A stretch of 61,603 bases of DNA, filler included, from Basidioascus undulatus (lineage: Eukaryota), in assembly GCA_000826855.1 (NCBI GenBank). It is 6 parts of 6 records of this genome, joined end to end, with 100 filler letters (N's around TTAATTAATTAA, not from the genome) between each part and the next. Parts side by side here need not be neighbours in the genome. Positions count along the whole stretch, not along the records: positions 41,147 to 51,325 come from JTLS01001169.1; positions 51,426 to 61,603 come from JTLS01001170.1; 4 more parts are not named here. The stretch is one strand, 5' to 3'. Below the pieces are notes generated by a model, which saw only the letters and a list, made by a program, of their open reading frames with translations, did no database searches and had not been told where the DNA came from. The position numbers were made by a program, and so were the translations under genes. Positions 48,559 to 60,299 of the stretch are shown here, piece by piece (positions within the stretch are counted from its first letter, which is position 1; each line of letters opens with the position of its first letter).

Positions 48559-49816
48559 TTCTATGTGGGGGTTAGCACACGCACGAAGGGAGGGAAGCGA
48601 AGGGGGGTGGGTGGGCGATGGGAATATGCATACTGAGTGGTTAGTACGACGGTGACCGGGGAGAAGGACGAGCGAGCTTGCTGAGGGAAAGAGGAGAGCG
48701 AGCGCGAGCGCGGGACTTCGAGGCGCGAGGGCTCGAAAATTCGTTACGGGCGCCTGATCGTCCCGAGAGGGTGGAGCGTCGATTAATTTCGACCTGATTA
48801 ACACACATTCTTGATACGTATTACAAACACATGAGGTCTATTTATTCAAGCAAGTAAACAAAATATACAAGATAATATATGGGTAAATATGGCTTGCCAG
48901 TGACTCTGATCGAGCGCATGTCGGCAGTCTGAGGTTGAGGGAGCTGCTGCGAGTCTCAAGTCGCCCAAGTCACACGAGCACGCAGTCTCAACTCCGGCTA
49001 GCATCGCAATGGCCAGGCCTTACTCTTCTCGAGTTTCTCATCATATGGTGATGTATCAGGTATCGGTCAATATGAACGGAAGGGCGTGCCAGATTGTGTA
49101 GAGGAAATGAGCTCTGGAGCAAATCGTGCGTCTTCGGGGCCACGCCGTCGCGAGCGCTCATGAGTCACGATCGCCCAAGGAAAAGGGATATCTATATATG
49201 TGTATTTAAATACTGTTATACCCAACAGAGGGCAATTTCAGATATCGATGCGTGTTGTGAGTGAAACGCAGACTGCATTCTTTGTTCAGGGCCGGCACAA
49301 GTGGGTTTCAGTCAGACTTGGGTTAGGTTGGAAAGAGGCGGCGGGCGGCCCTGCGAGAAAATGTAATGGGGTAGGAAGGCGACTTGTCCTTTTCTTTTCT
49401 GAGGCCAGGCGCAAGAAGAGCTCGCAAGGTCAATATTACCATCACACTCTTCACATCACACACGTACACGACACCTCCCACGACGTAGGGGCTTTTTCGG
49501 CGTCGAGCGCGATGCGCTGGGCGAGCATGGGCGAGCCAGGGCGTCCGCCCGGTCCAGCGGACCTTGCCCCGGCGCTCGTTCGCCTCCTCCCAGCTCTGGG
49601 ACTGCGGAGACGTGGGATGTAGGCTGGATGGGGGCGCTACAGGCTGGGTCGGGATGGAGAGGATGGGTTTGGGACAGGATTGGGCAGTTCGGGCAAGCGA
49701 GCTGGAGCCACGCCCACGCACACCTCCGTCTTCCTCGCGCGGCTCGCTGAAACCCTGCTCCCTCCTTTCTGGCGCCTCCAGTTCCGACAGCTCTTCACTC
49801 GTCGCATTAATCGATC

Positions 49817-50977
49817 ATGAAGTTGAACATTGCGAACCCCGCCACTGGGGCGCAGAAGACCGTACGTCCGCTCTTCTCGCCGGGTGGGCAGCGAGAAGAC
49901 GGTGGAGCTGACGGTGGGCTGGTTGCACGGGGACAGATCGACATCGATGACGAGCGCCGCGTGCGCGTCTTCTACGAGAAGGTGAGAATCGAGGCATTCA
50001 GGCAGACGAGGCGCTGAGAAGAGGTGGGCAAGCGGACGCTAACGGGTCTGGGTGATTTTTTCGGCGGCTGCAGCGCATGTCCCAGGAGGTCCCCGCCGAC
50101 TCTATCGGCGACGAGTGGAAGGGCTACATCCTCCGCATCACGGGCGGCAACGACAAGCAGGGCTTCCCGATGAAGCAGGGCGTGCTCCTCCCCTACCGCG
50201 TGCGCCTGCTCCTGTCCGAGGGCCACTCGTGCTACCGCCCGCGCCGCACCGGCGAGCGCAAGCGCAAGTCCGTCCGCGGCTGCATCGTCGGCCCCGACAT
50301 CGCCGTCCTCTCGCTTGTCATCGTCAAGCAGGGCGAGGCCGACATCCCCGGTCTGACCGACACCACCCTCCCCAAGAGGCTCGGTCCTAAGCGGGCGAGT
50401 GAGTCGCTGTTCTCGTTCTTCCCTTCCCACTCCTTCCTTCATTCTTCACGCATGGAGGGCATCGATCTCGGGCAGTTGTGCTGACGGGACGTCTGGACGT
50501 GTGTGAACAGCCAAGATCCGCCGCTTCTTCAACCTCTCCAAGGAGGACGACGTCCGCAAGTTCGTCATCCGTCGCGAGGTTCAGCCGAAGAAGGAGGGTG
50601 CCAAGCCGTACACCAAGGCGTGCGTCCCATTACTACCCATTTCATCCGCTCCCCTCAACACCCTGTTGACCTCCTTCGTGCGCGTTCAGGCCCAAGATTC
50701 AGCGCCTCGTCACCCCCCAGCGCCTCCAGCGCCGCCGCCACCTCCGCAGCCTCAAGCGTCGCAAGACCGAGGCGCAGAAGGAGCAGGTCGCGGAGTACCA
50801 GACGATCGTCGCCAAGCGCCAGGCCGAGAAGAAGGACAAGCTCGCCACCATCCGTGCCCACAAGCAGGCCAAGAAGTGCGTCTCCCTTTTCTCCTCTCCT
50901 TCCCAGTGGTTCTCTCCATTCCGGCAAGCAGCACGATGCTGATACAGGGGTCTGTTTGGTCTAGGGTCGCTGCTTAA
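49817..50977 (+). CDS. RPS6: 40S ribosomal protein S6 (eS6)
   Basis: [14 protein letters not shown]...[16 protein letters not shown]...[13 protein letters not shown]...PKRLGPKRA...[11 protein letters not shown] at 50975-50977. Confidence 0.98.
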
Positions 50978-51425
50978 GCGCACGAATCCTTCTTGCGCGC
51001 TTGGGGTCTCGGGTGGGGTGTGTGTGTGTGCAGGTGGCCTGCTACTGAGCGGCGGGACCGGGCGGGGAGAAAGGGGTTGCCTGTACGCTTATCTTCTCCC
51101 CGGGGGAACCATGCGACGCTCGTTCTTTTCTCACCGCGCCTTCTCTCCCTCTGCTCCTGTTTCTGCCCCGCCGCCCTCTGCCTCGATCAACCTCATCTCG
51201 CGCATGCAGTCCTCGCCTCTTTCTCTCACCGGCCTCGTTCTCGCTAGGTTCACCACACACACACATGCCCTCCCGTCTTTCTTTCCCTGCTTCGTTGCCC
51301 TTCTTTCCCTTCCTTCGGACTGACCNNNNNNNNNNNNNNNNNNNNNNNNNNNNNNNNNNNNNNNNNNNNTTAATTAATTAANNNNNNNNNNNNNNNNNNN
51401 NNNNNNNNNNNNNNNNNNNNNNNNN

Positions 51426-51830
51426 GAGAGGACATCAGATTCGTCGTTCTCCCCACAAGGAAATGTATCGAAGCCGCACCGCTCCTGTGGGGCTCTGGCG
51501 CTTCAGTGCATCAGCTCGTCGGCGCAGCGGGACGGTGTCACGCACTCATGCCCCGTGTGCTCGTTCCTCACAACCACGAACGGCTCCCCCTCCGTTGCAT
51601 GGAAAGTCCTCCCGTTAACCGTCGCGGGCTCGGTCAAAATTCGAGTGACCCGTCCGCGAGTTACAACATAGTCCTCTTTGCCCAGGCCCGAACCAATAAC
51701 GTCGTATGCCACCTGCGAGACGCGGATGCTCGTTTAGACTCGTACGGAAGCTGTGGACTCCGATGGAGACGCCGAACGGACTATGTCACCGATCTGTATG
51801 AGTTTGTATATCCGTTAGAAGTCCCTTCAG
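51426..51830 (-). CDS. Hva1-TUDOR-like (DUF2945-like) small protein, copy A; ends uncertain
   Basis: QIGDIVAYDVIG...TRGRVTRILTEPATVNGRTFHATEGEPFVVVRNEHTGHE. Confidence 0.7.
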
Positions 51831-52620
51831 ACCTCGCGAAAGGTACGACGTGAAGCCCGATGCGCGCCTTTGGGAAATCAGCCGAGTGGAGGTGGTGAGT
51901 GATTCGAAAGCGCGAAAAGAAGTCAAGATTGAGGTATGTCACTGCCAGTGTGAGCGACTTGATAGAAGGGAGCAGCAGAGGTTGATGATGGTCGAAGCAA
52001 GTATGGATCGCGAAGGCCTTCCTATGAGGAGGAACAGGAATGCGCAGCGCTGGAGCTGGAGCTGTCGACGATCAGGGAGGTGACGTCGGTGCGAAAGCTT
52101 GCACATGCCCTCGTGACACGCCAGCTCGAAACGCTTGGTTTGGAGTTGGAAAAAATTCCTGTGGAAAGAAAGATCTTTGCTCAGTGACCTGGAAAAGTAC
52201 AGCATCGTGCAGCGAGTGAGCGAGGCTCATGTGAGATGGGTTGCGAACCGTGAGTCGCCTTGAAAAGCTCATCTTTCACTCAGGTTTCCACTCCGGCTTT
52301 GGATTACTCAATAAGACAAGGCATGGTCAAATCAAATCTTCTAGAACAATATCGAAGCACAGCTGGGTCCATCGTCCTCAAGCATCAAACTGGTGCAGCC
52401 CGCATGATCGCCCATCCTTGCCGTCGCACACATTCATCGACAGCAAGCAGCAGAACGAGTACTGATGTTCGGGAAACAAGCACGGTATAAAAAAGCACTC
52501 AAACCCCGGAAAGGTCGATAATTCATTCATCAAGCTCGTCTCAGTCTTCTCAGTCGTTACAAATACAAGTACACATTCTGGCAGCCGGTTATTTGCCTGG
52601 CGTCGACCGCTCGAACAGGC

Positions 52621-53100
52621 TCAACCCTCGTTGACGACCTGGTGGGTGACTTCCGGCTTGTACGCTGTTGATCCCACGGCCAGCTGTACCAGTCAGGGAG
52701 CGGATGGAGGGAGAGGAGGGGAGGACAAGATGCGCACCCGTCACCTTGCCGGTGTGCGCGTTGTGGATGAGGTAGCGGACGTCGGCCTTGCTCGCGTGGA
52801 TCGTCTGCCCGTGCACCTGCGTGGGCTCGATGAGGATCGCCTTGATCTCGACGGTGGTGCGGGCGCCGTCCTGTAACACTCTCTCCCATAATCAGCCGCA
52901 GCTCGAAAGTGGAAGAAGGTGAAAGAGGGACGCACATCCGAGTGCCCGCCGATGGGGCTGTATTCGACAACCTGCCCGGCTTCGTACTTGTGGGAGGCGC
53001 CAGAAGATCCCTTGTGGCAAGCGCGAGGGCTGTGTGAGGAGTGCTCAATGATGTGGAGGATGTTCTGGCCATTGTACGCTGTGGAGAAAAACTTCGGCTG
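52621..53100 (-). CDS. Hva1-TUDOR-like (DUF2945-like) small protein, copy B; start uncertain
   Basis: KYEAGQVVEYSPIGG...TTVEIKAILIEP...TIHASKADVRYLIHNAHTGKVTAYKPE...EG*. Confidence 0.75.
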
Positions 53101-55444
53101 CACGTCTTAAAAGCAAGAAGAATCCGATTGAACGTACCCGTCCTGCCAGCCGCAGATCATCCCTTTCAGCCCTCCTACAAAGAGAACGAGACCGGAGGAG
53201 GAACTGAACCATTCACTCCTTCTGCGTGTGCTCGTTCTCGCTCACGTAGCTCGGCTCGTCCGCCGTGGCATGCAGCGTCTGCCCGTTGTGCTCGTGGGGC
53301 CCCTTGTAGACGTGGATGATGCGTCCCTGGGGGTCTAGACGCTTAGTCATTCCCTAAGGCTCTTTTTTTTGGGGAGTGGGTGGGAAAGGACGCTACTTTC
53401 GTAATCGAGGTGGTCGTGCCCGCGCCGCCGCCCACGGCCTCGTACTCGACCTGCACAACTTCAGTGAGGGCTTGAACAGATTCAAGAGAGTTTGAAGGGA
53501 AGAGGGATCTCACGATGTCACCGACCTGGTGAAACGTACAGGGTCAGTGACCCCCTTCGGAGCGCGGTTCGAGCGGGAAAACGCGACGCGCCTTGGGGTG
53601 AAGAACGCCGATGGACATTTTGCTGGTTGTCTTGGGTGGGTGGCTGTCGGTTGTGTCTGGTGGAAGGGACTTTAGAAAATCTGTTCAGTGGCTGGTCGTG
53701 TCGCTGGTAAAGGAGTTCGCGGACGGGACATGGCCGCAAAGGCGGGTGTTTCTGGCTTTGCTAGCGGGCGTTGACAGGCCCGCAGCGGCTGTGACGAGGT
53801 GTTTGGAGCGCCGCGTTATCCTTCGCTTTCAAGGGTTGCTGTCAGGCCGAGTGAGTGGTACCTTGGACTGTTGCGCAGTATAAGAAATGATACTATCTGT
53901 TAATAAGGAAGGAAGGGGGGCAGCGGTCCATGTCGATGAGGTAGTGGGCACGGTGTGAGGCCTGAGGAGCTGTTGCGAGCTGCTCGAAGCGTGGACCCCC
54001 TCCAATCTAGCATAGTGCTATCTAGAAAGTTTAGAAACTACATTTAATCCGGGATGAGTAGGTTGACTTGTTCAGCAGTCTTGGAGATGTGGGGTGAGTG
54101 GTACCTCTTCTGGTGTACATGGAAAGACTGCGCAGCGTCGCATCTCCCTATGCTTACTGTGTCAACTTCTTTTTATATTTCAAAAACGATTTAATAGAAA
54201 TGTGGTGTAGCACTACAAGTCTTAAGGCTAGAATTCTTTATGCAGCCTGGTGTATCGACTCCACCGAAACGGGTACGTGCTTCAGTCTGCCTCCACGAGT
54301 CCTCAGGTCACTAGCTTGCATGAAGTTAGTCCTTTGTGTTCATAAATCACCTTTCTTCAACGATATCAGTCGGTCCGCAACCCTGCTTCATTCAGTCAGT
54401 CAAGTTGTAGCCGACCGAAAATGGAATACGGCAGTGAACAAGTAACCAGTTAGATGAGCAACTATGCATTCCCGATGCCCATTATGCCCACCTTTACAGT
54501 TCCATCTTTATAGTTCAACATTCCTCTCGTAGTCTGCCGGATACTGAATCATAGCAGGCTGGGGCCGCTGCAAAGTCGGTGTCGGGATCGGCGCATCGAT
54601 GCAGACCGCCTCGGCAGCCTCCTCCCTCGTGAGCTGCCCTGCGCGGGGGGGGAGCTCCAGAGTTTCCTGGGGTGACAATGCTTTCCTCAACCTATCTTCA
54701 CCAAATTTAATATGCTCAAAGCCACGCACTGGATTGGGTCCTGCCTGAGCAGCTGGACGGACCTCAGCTCGGACCTCTCCCTTGCCTTTTCGCTTTGCAG
54801 TATCTATCGAAAGGCAGGAGAGTGCAGTCCCATCGCTCAGACGAGGATAGAACTGAATATGAGGGTAATGAGGTTGTGGAAAACGCACTGCTTCTGTCCA
54901 GCAGCCAAAAGCCCAACCACATCAAGGATCCACCTACAACGACGCCAACGCAGTACACTGCGATCGAAGACGCGCGCCACCTGCCGGAGGCTGCCCGGGG
55001 GAGAAGCGGCGCGATCCAGATGCAGAAGCTGGCTAACGTGATGGCTCCCAGGACGATGGAGCAGATCCCCCAGAATGGGTGGCGTGCAGTTCGGAGGCAA
55101 CTCGGCTTCCGCATAGTGCCCCAATGAGAGGGAAAGAGAGTGAAGGAGGGATGGGAGTTCAGAAACGCCTGCATTCCTTTAAGCCACTGAAGTTTCGTAT
55201 GTAAGGGGGCATCGGTGCGACAACAGTCCCGCAGCCATTGTTTCGCCGGAAACACGCCCGCTGCGTGCACACCGGCCGAAGCGTTGCACCTTTTAGCTGA
55301 GACACAGCTAGTTGTACGCATCCGGACACCCTTGAATCCGTTGTTACGGGGAGGTGCAATTTCGAAGACAAGGAAAAAGAACAGGGATGCAAAGGATGGC
55401 TGCACAGCTGTCACAGGGACAACAAAAAGAAGATGACAAAGATG

Positions 55445-55537
55445 CGACCAGAGCAGGATTTGAACCTACGCGGGCAGAGCCCAACAGATAATAGAACACG
55501 TTCTAGTCTGTCGCCTTAACCACTCGGCCATCTGGTC
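55445..55537 (-). tRNA. tRNA-Ser (AGA) with ~11-nt intron
   Basis: Acceptor GACCAGA/TCTGGTC, GCCGAGTGGTTAAGGC, anticodon arm ACAGA-CT-AGA-A[intron]A-TCTGT, long variable arm GGGCTCTGCCC, T arm GTAGG-TTCAAAT-CCTGC, discriminator G73. Confidence 0.93.
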
Positions 55538-56846
55538 ATAGGAAGGCTGGACCTTCTGCCAATAATATACTATTAGGGAAGAGCTCAGAACCACTCTTAA
55601 GTCTGTGGCCTGTACTCTTTTAAAATGAAAAAGTATTTCGAAATTAGAATGCTTCAGCATTCTGCACCTTGAATTTTATGCAGATTGTAGCTGAATATGG
55701 CCTGCGACTGTCCTCAGGCACCTCAACCGAAGGGGACAGCGGAAACATGGAGCTTTTTTTTTAAGGCTCCCTGATGGGGTAAGTGCACCCCCAGTGTAGT
55801 GTAATAAGACCGCGATGCGTTGGATGAAGCCGGTGCAATGTGGTCTGCCCGTGGCACGGCCTGGACGGTCGATAGCAGGAACATGCCTCAAGATGTAAAC
55901 AGCTTGCAGTAGGTAGCGGGGCAGACGGTTCAAACAGGGACTTTCCTGTGCTGCTAATGGCAACTGAGGCCAGTTGGGCATAGACACCCTCGTGAAGGCG
56001 GACATCGTGGATGAGGTCGAGGTCGAATCTGAAACACCGGGCGGGCGTTGATGCAGTGTTGTCGCGGGACACTGCAACAATATTGGCATCTGGACGCGTC
56101 CTTATGGGGCCGTGCATGTCCGTTTGCCATGCGGTCGGTGTACCTTCTTGGTGATGAATAGAACTGGAGTGTGCCTGGCCTGGGTTGACGAGTAGTGAGG
56201 GAGAGATTGGGCCTGACAGGCGTTGAATTTGAACTGCGCTTCTGCCATGGTCCCTTGATCGGGATCAGGATGATAACCCAGAGGATGTTGAAAGAAGGTA
56301 AACAGCTCAAGGAGCAGCTCATCACCGCCTCCAGTCACAGTTCTCGTGTCAGGTTGTGCTGCCCTGTCGACCTGATTGTAACCGAAGATTGGCTTGTCCA
56401 CAGCGCCACAGTCGCCACGTCTTAGCTAGCCCTCCCGCACCCCGCCTTCACTCCAGTTCCATGGAAAACCCAGCAAGCTCCAACCAAGATAAGAGACCTC
56501 TTTCTCCACACTACCGATGCGCTGTACCGGGAGAGATAGAGAAGCTCAAAGTCCAAGAATGATGACCCTTAGGCACTTACTCGCGAATTGAACTTGAGCC
56601 TTCAACGGAACCCGCGCGTCGCGCAGCGCATTCAATCAGAACTTCTCTTGCGGTGGAGCCGAGTAGCTTTGAGTAGCGAAATTATACAGGCGACAGACGA
56701 AAGGCAAACGCGACGGCCCGCCCGGTGGCGTTTTGCGTTTCTCAGCGCGTCGTCCCGTGAATGATCGAGAGAGGCACGCCTGAAAGCCATGAGGACATGG
56801 CACAGTCGCCTGCTTTCCCAGTCTTTTGGAACGACAAGACTATTTC

Positions 56847-57389
56847 ATGAGGAAGCGGGCGACTCACTCCTTACACACTATCATCTCAACCACGTCGAGA
56901 TCCGGCGACCTGCTCGTCGCAAGACTGTATTATGACCCAGAACCCCCGTCGCGCACTCGCCACGGCACAGTCCGCTTCGGGCAGTCCAATCACTCCCTCT
57001 GGTGCAAAGGCCATACGGACGTTCTCCTCCCGTCCGTCCTGCAGTCCTCTCCGCGGCGCTCGATGGAGTCCAACTACTCGCAGACCTCCGAACCGTATTA
57101 CACCTCCCTCACCGTCACTGGGTCTTCTCTCGGGCTACACTTCGCCCTGCCTTCCTCTTCAGACCGCTACACAGCGACCGAAGTAGAATCCAGCCTCAGT
57201 GCCACGTCCCGCGCGCAGCCCCCGCCATCAGGCATATCGGGCTGGGACCCGCAGTCGGCGCGCGCTGCGTATGCGGCGTGGATGCGTGCCCAGACGGTGC
57301 AGATGTGGCTGGGAAGTGGGGGTAAAGCAGAAGACGTTGGGCTGGCGGGGCAGGAAGGAGAGCGAGGGGCGGACACAGAAAGGAGCTGA
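56847..57389 (+). CDS. Hypothetical protein
   Basis: Open frame of about 180 codons with gene-like composition; no recognised motif. Confidence 0.3.
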   Translation: MRKRATHSLHTIISTTSRSGDLLVARLYYDPEPPSRTRHGTVRFGQSNHSLWCKGHTDVLLPSVLQSSPRRSMESNYSQTSEPYYTSLTVTGSSLGLHFALPSSSDRYTATEVESSLSATSRAQPPPSGISGWDPQSARAAYAAWMRAQTVQMWLGSGGKAEDVGLAGQEGERGADTERS

Positions 57390-59429
57390 GTGGTCGGGAG
57401 GACGTTCCCGGTGAGTCCTTCGCGCGTATGTGGTGGGGGACTGAAAAGGACTCACAAATACACACACACCGTTGTTCGGAAGGGGTTTATTCTTTTGTTA
57501 TGTTCTGCTAAGCAACGAAAGCCCAGGCATGTATGAATGACCGTCGCCATGTTGCCACCGGTTAGCCGTCGATGCCTTATGGGTATGAATCGTCAGGGAC
57601 ATAGCCCTGCGGATTCTGCGTATCATCAAACTTCCTTGGAGAGTTTTCATTCCTCATTACACTGTCTATTCAGTCGCACTTGCAGTCCGCCGTGAGCATC
57701 GCGCTCGGCGGCTCGACCGGCCAAGCTGCGAAGATGGGCTGGCAATCGCAGAGCGGAAGATACCGTACTGTCCTGGTTCACAATCGATGGAATACAATAA
57801 TGCGATCCAAATCAAAAGGATGTTCAAGAAAAGAAAACAGTCCGTCAGAGGTATGCATCGGCAGCTTGACAAGCCAGGACGGTGTCGTCCACAAGAAGAC
57901 ATTCGGCGTTATTGTGTATCTGCCTTCGTCTGATTTCGGCCGTTGATATAATCCAAACCTTTCCTACAAGTTTTAAGGGCTTAATTCGGGATCATAAAAT
58001 CTGCTTCTGGCTGTCAATCCTACGAGAGTCGGAGGGACGGGCACTTCATTCGAGTGCCTCAGACCGGGCTGCGCTGGCCCTGGACAAACTGGAGACCATC
58101 CCATACTTGGACTATCTTTGGGAATATCCTACTCTTGCCGGTGATGTATGCTTCGCAATGGCCCACCGGCGTTGATGGAACGGCAGCCGAGTGCGTTGCG
58201 AGCAACACACGGGCAACCGACACGCGACAAGCTTGAAGTCGAAAAGCATGAGCTTCCATAAAATCCAATGAACTTATCGCCAGTCTAGGAGGTTTTGATA
58301 TAGTCGATCCTTCTTTAAATCAGGCTTCAAGAGGGCTAGACCAGCAACAGCCGTCCAACCTCCCTCTCCAGCAGTGCAGCCAGCAAGTTCGTCCTCTCAC
58401 GCAGCAGCACTGTGTGCGGCGTTCTGTATCCGGGAAATGTCAAAGAATACATACAGGCAAGTATCCCGGGACTCAACAAGGTAGACGTCCTCAGGACACT
58501 TCCGCGCTCTATGACGGCTGATGATATGCTCTTGGCTTGTCAGTAGAACAGGACCGTTCAGATGAAATGCCCTTGGACTGGAACTTAATAACAAAGGTCC
58601 TATATCATGCGAACCTCACAGGTCTCAAACTGCGTGGATCAACGGGGGACCCCGATATCGGTCTGTTTTCTTGCGCCATTCCTGACCTCGACGGCAGTGG
58701 CGGCTATCCTTGGGTTGCGCGTGCGATTTCGGCTACTCCGCGAGTTTAAGTCGCAAATTTTACCCCTCGACTGTCGTCCCTTCGCCCCTCCTTCATCCAC
58801 TTCGCCCACCACGCTTCCTTCCCCAGCAAACACGCCTACACCTCGCCATGTCTTTAAAAGCCTGGTTACTACGCCTGGACTGGTATCTACGCCTCATGGC
58901 GCGTTGGAGAGCCTCTTTCTTCGACCTCTTCATCCCTTGGCTAGCATCAGGCCCCCACTACCTTGCCTACTTTCGGCTCGGCATCATGCTGGGTCTGATC
59001 GTGTACACGATCTGATACGCTGCCACTGGCTCGTCCGGCATCGGCCACACCTTTGAATGCCTCTAGAACATCTTCTTGATCTCTTTCACACTGTGCGCGA
59101 TGAGGCCCTGGCTACCGGAATGTACGTGTCCATCCGCAGTGGTCTCGCCTGGGACGACTACCGAGCTGGGCTTGCGGTCGGGTAGGATCCGAAGCCGCTC
59201 CTCAAGATGGGCGCTCTTCAACTGGCTGGACAGCGAGACGATGTGGAAGAATTTTTATATTCTCTTCAAACAGTTCCGTAACTCACACATCGATGCTGGT
59301 GCATGTACCCAGACGCTTCTTGGCGGGCATCTGTTGCTCGGATCGCAGAACATTAACGGTCGGTACGCATACCCAGCGTTCATATCGTCATGCGACTCAT
59401 AGTCAGCAATATTTCTGACCACTCTCCCC

Positions 59430-60299
59430 TACGAAGTCCGTAGGACCGTTAGCTCCGGACGTGCTCCTCGCCGCCTTCCAGTACCTCTTCAACCCGTCGC
59501 CCGTAGAGCTTGTCAAACACCCAGGTTCGCTTCTGCACCTCCTCGTCAGCCGAGTGTGGTACCGGCTCGGCATGCGAGTGGCGTACTCGCGGCAGTACTC
59601 GCGCTTCGCGTCCAGGCTGTGCCGAAGCCCGTTCCTGCTCAGCCTGACCGTCGATCGCCTCGTTCTCGTCTGCTGGGAGTCCACCCTCCCCCCCCGGCGC
59701 TCTTCTACCTCTTGCAAGCCGCTCTGCCTGTCCGGGCGCTCGGGCTGCAGCTCCAGGGGATCGAGTACGTCCCTGCCGGCGAGTATTTCCCAGCGGGCGG
59801 AGCTGGCCTGCTAGGCGAGTTCACGGGCCTGCTGCTTCGGAGGTTCCAGGAGGCTCGGCATTGCTGGGATAGCGTTCCAGAGTTGATGTGCTGCTATGGA
59901 ATCGGAGAGTGCGTCATAGTCGCCGCGAGCAGTGCTTTAGCCTTGTGGCACATCGTCGCCGCCCAGCGTTGCGTGCCTGGCCTCGCACGCTGCTCCGTCC
60001 AATTGATGCCTAGCCAAACGCTCGTTGGATCCTGCTGGATGGACAAAGTGGTCTCTTCGAAATGCGTCTTCTGGAATATACCCGGCCGGCACTTGATGGT
60101 CGACGTCGCCTGCTTGGAGGACTGCAAAGCGATCGTCGAGCATCGCGACGGTCCGAAGTCGGAAGCCGCAACGCCGCGCCTTTCGCATCCGCCCTGGACA
60201 CGAGAGCGGCACCGAGGAGCAGCGGAAGGAGAGTCTGGCGGACATGCGGGAGACGATGATAGCCGCAGGCTGGGAGGAAGATGCGTCGCCTTGACTTGA
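59430..60299 (+). pseudogene. F-box-like protein, frameshifted
   Basis: PDVLLAAFQYLF...LLVSRVWYRLGMRVAYS is F-box-like and continues in a different frame after a C homopolymer near 59690. Confidence 0.5.

Noticed and set aside
55478..55510. Reading the tRNA anticodon as CTA (amber suppressor) or TAG (Leu)
   Set aside because: The ACAGA/TCTGT stem fixes the loop as CT-AGA-A, and the long variable arm with G73 fits an ordinary tRNA-Ser(AGA).
54500..56560. ORFs flanking tRNA-Ser as genes or transposases
   Set aside because: No recognisable motif in any frame; they may be eroded repeats but this cannot be supported from the sequence.
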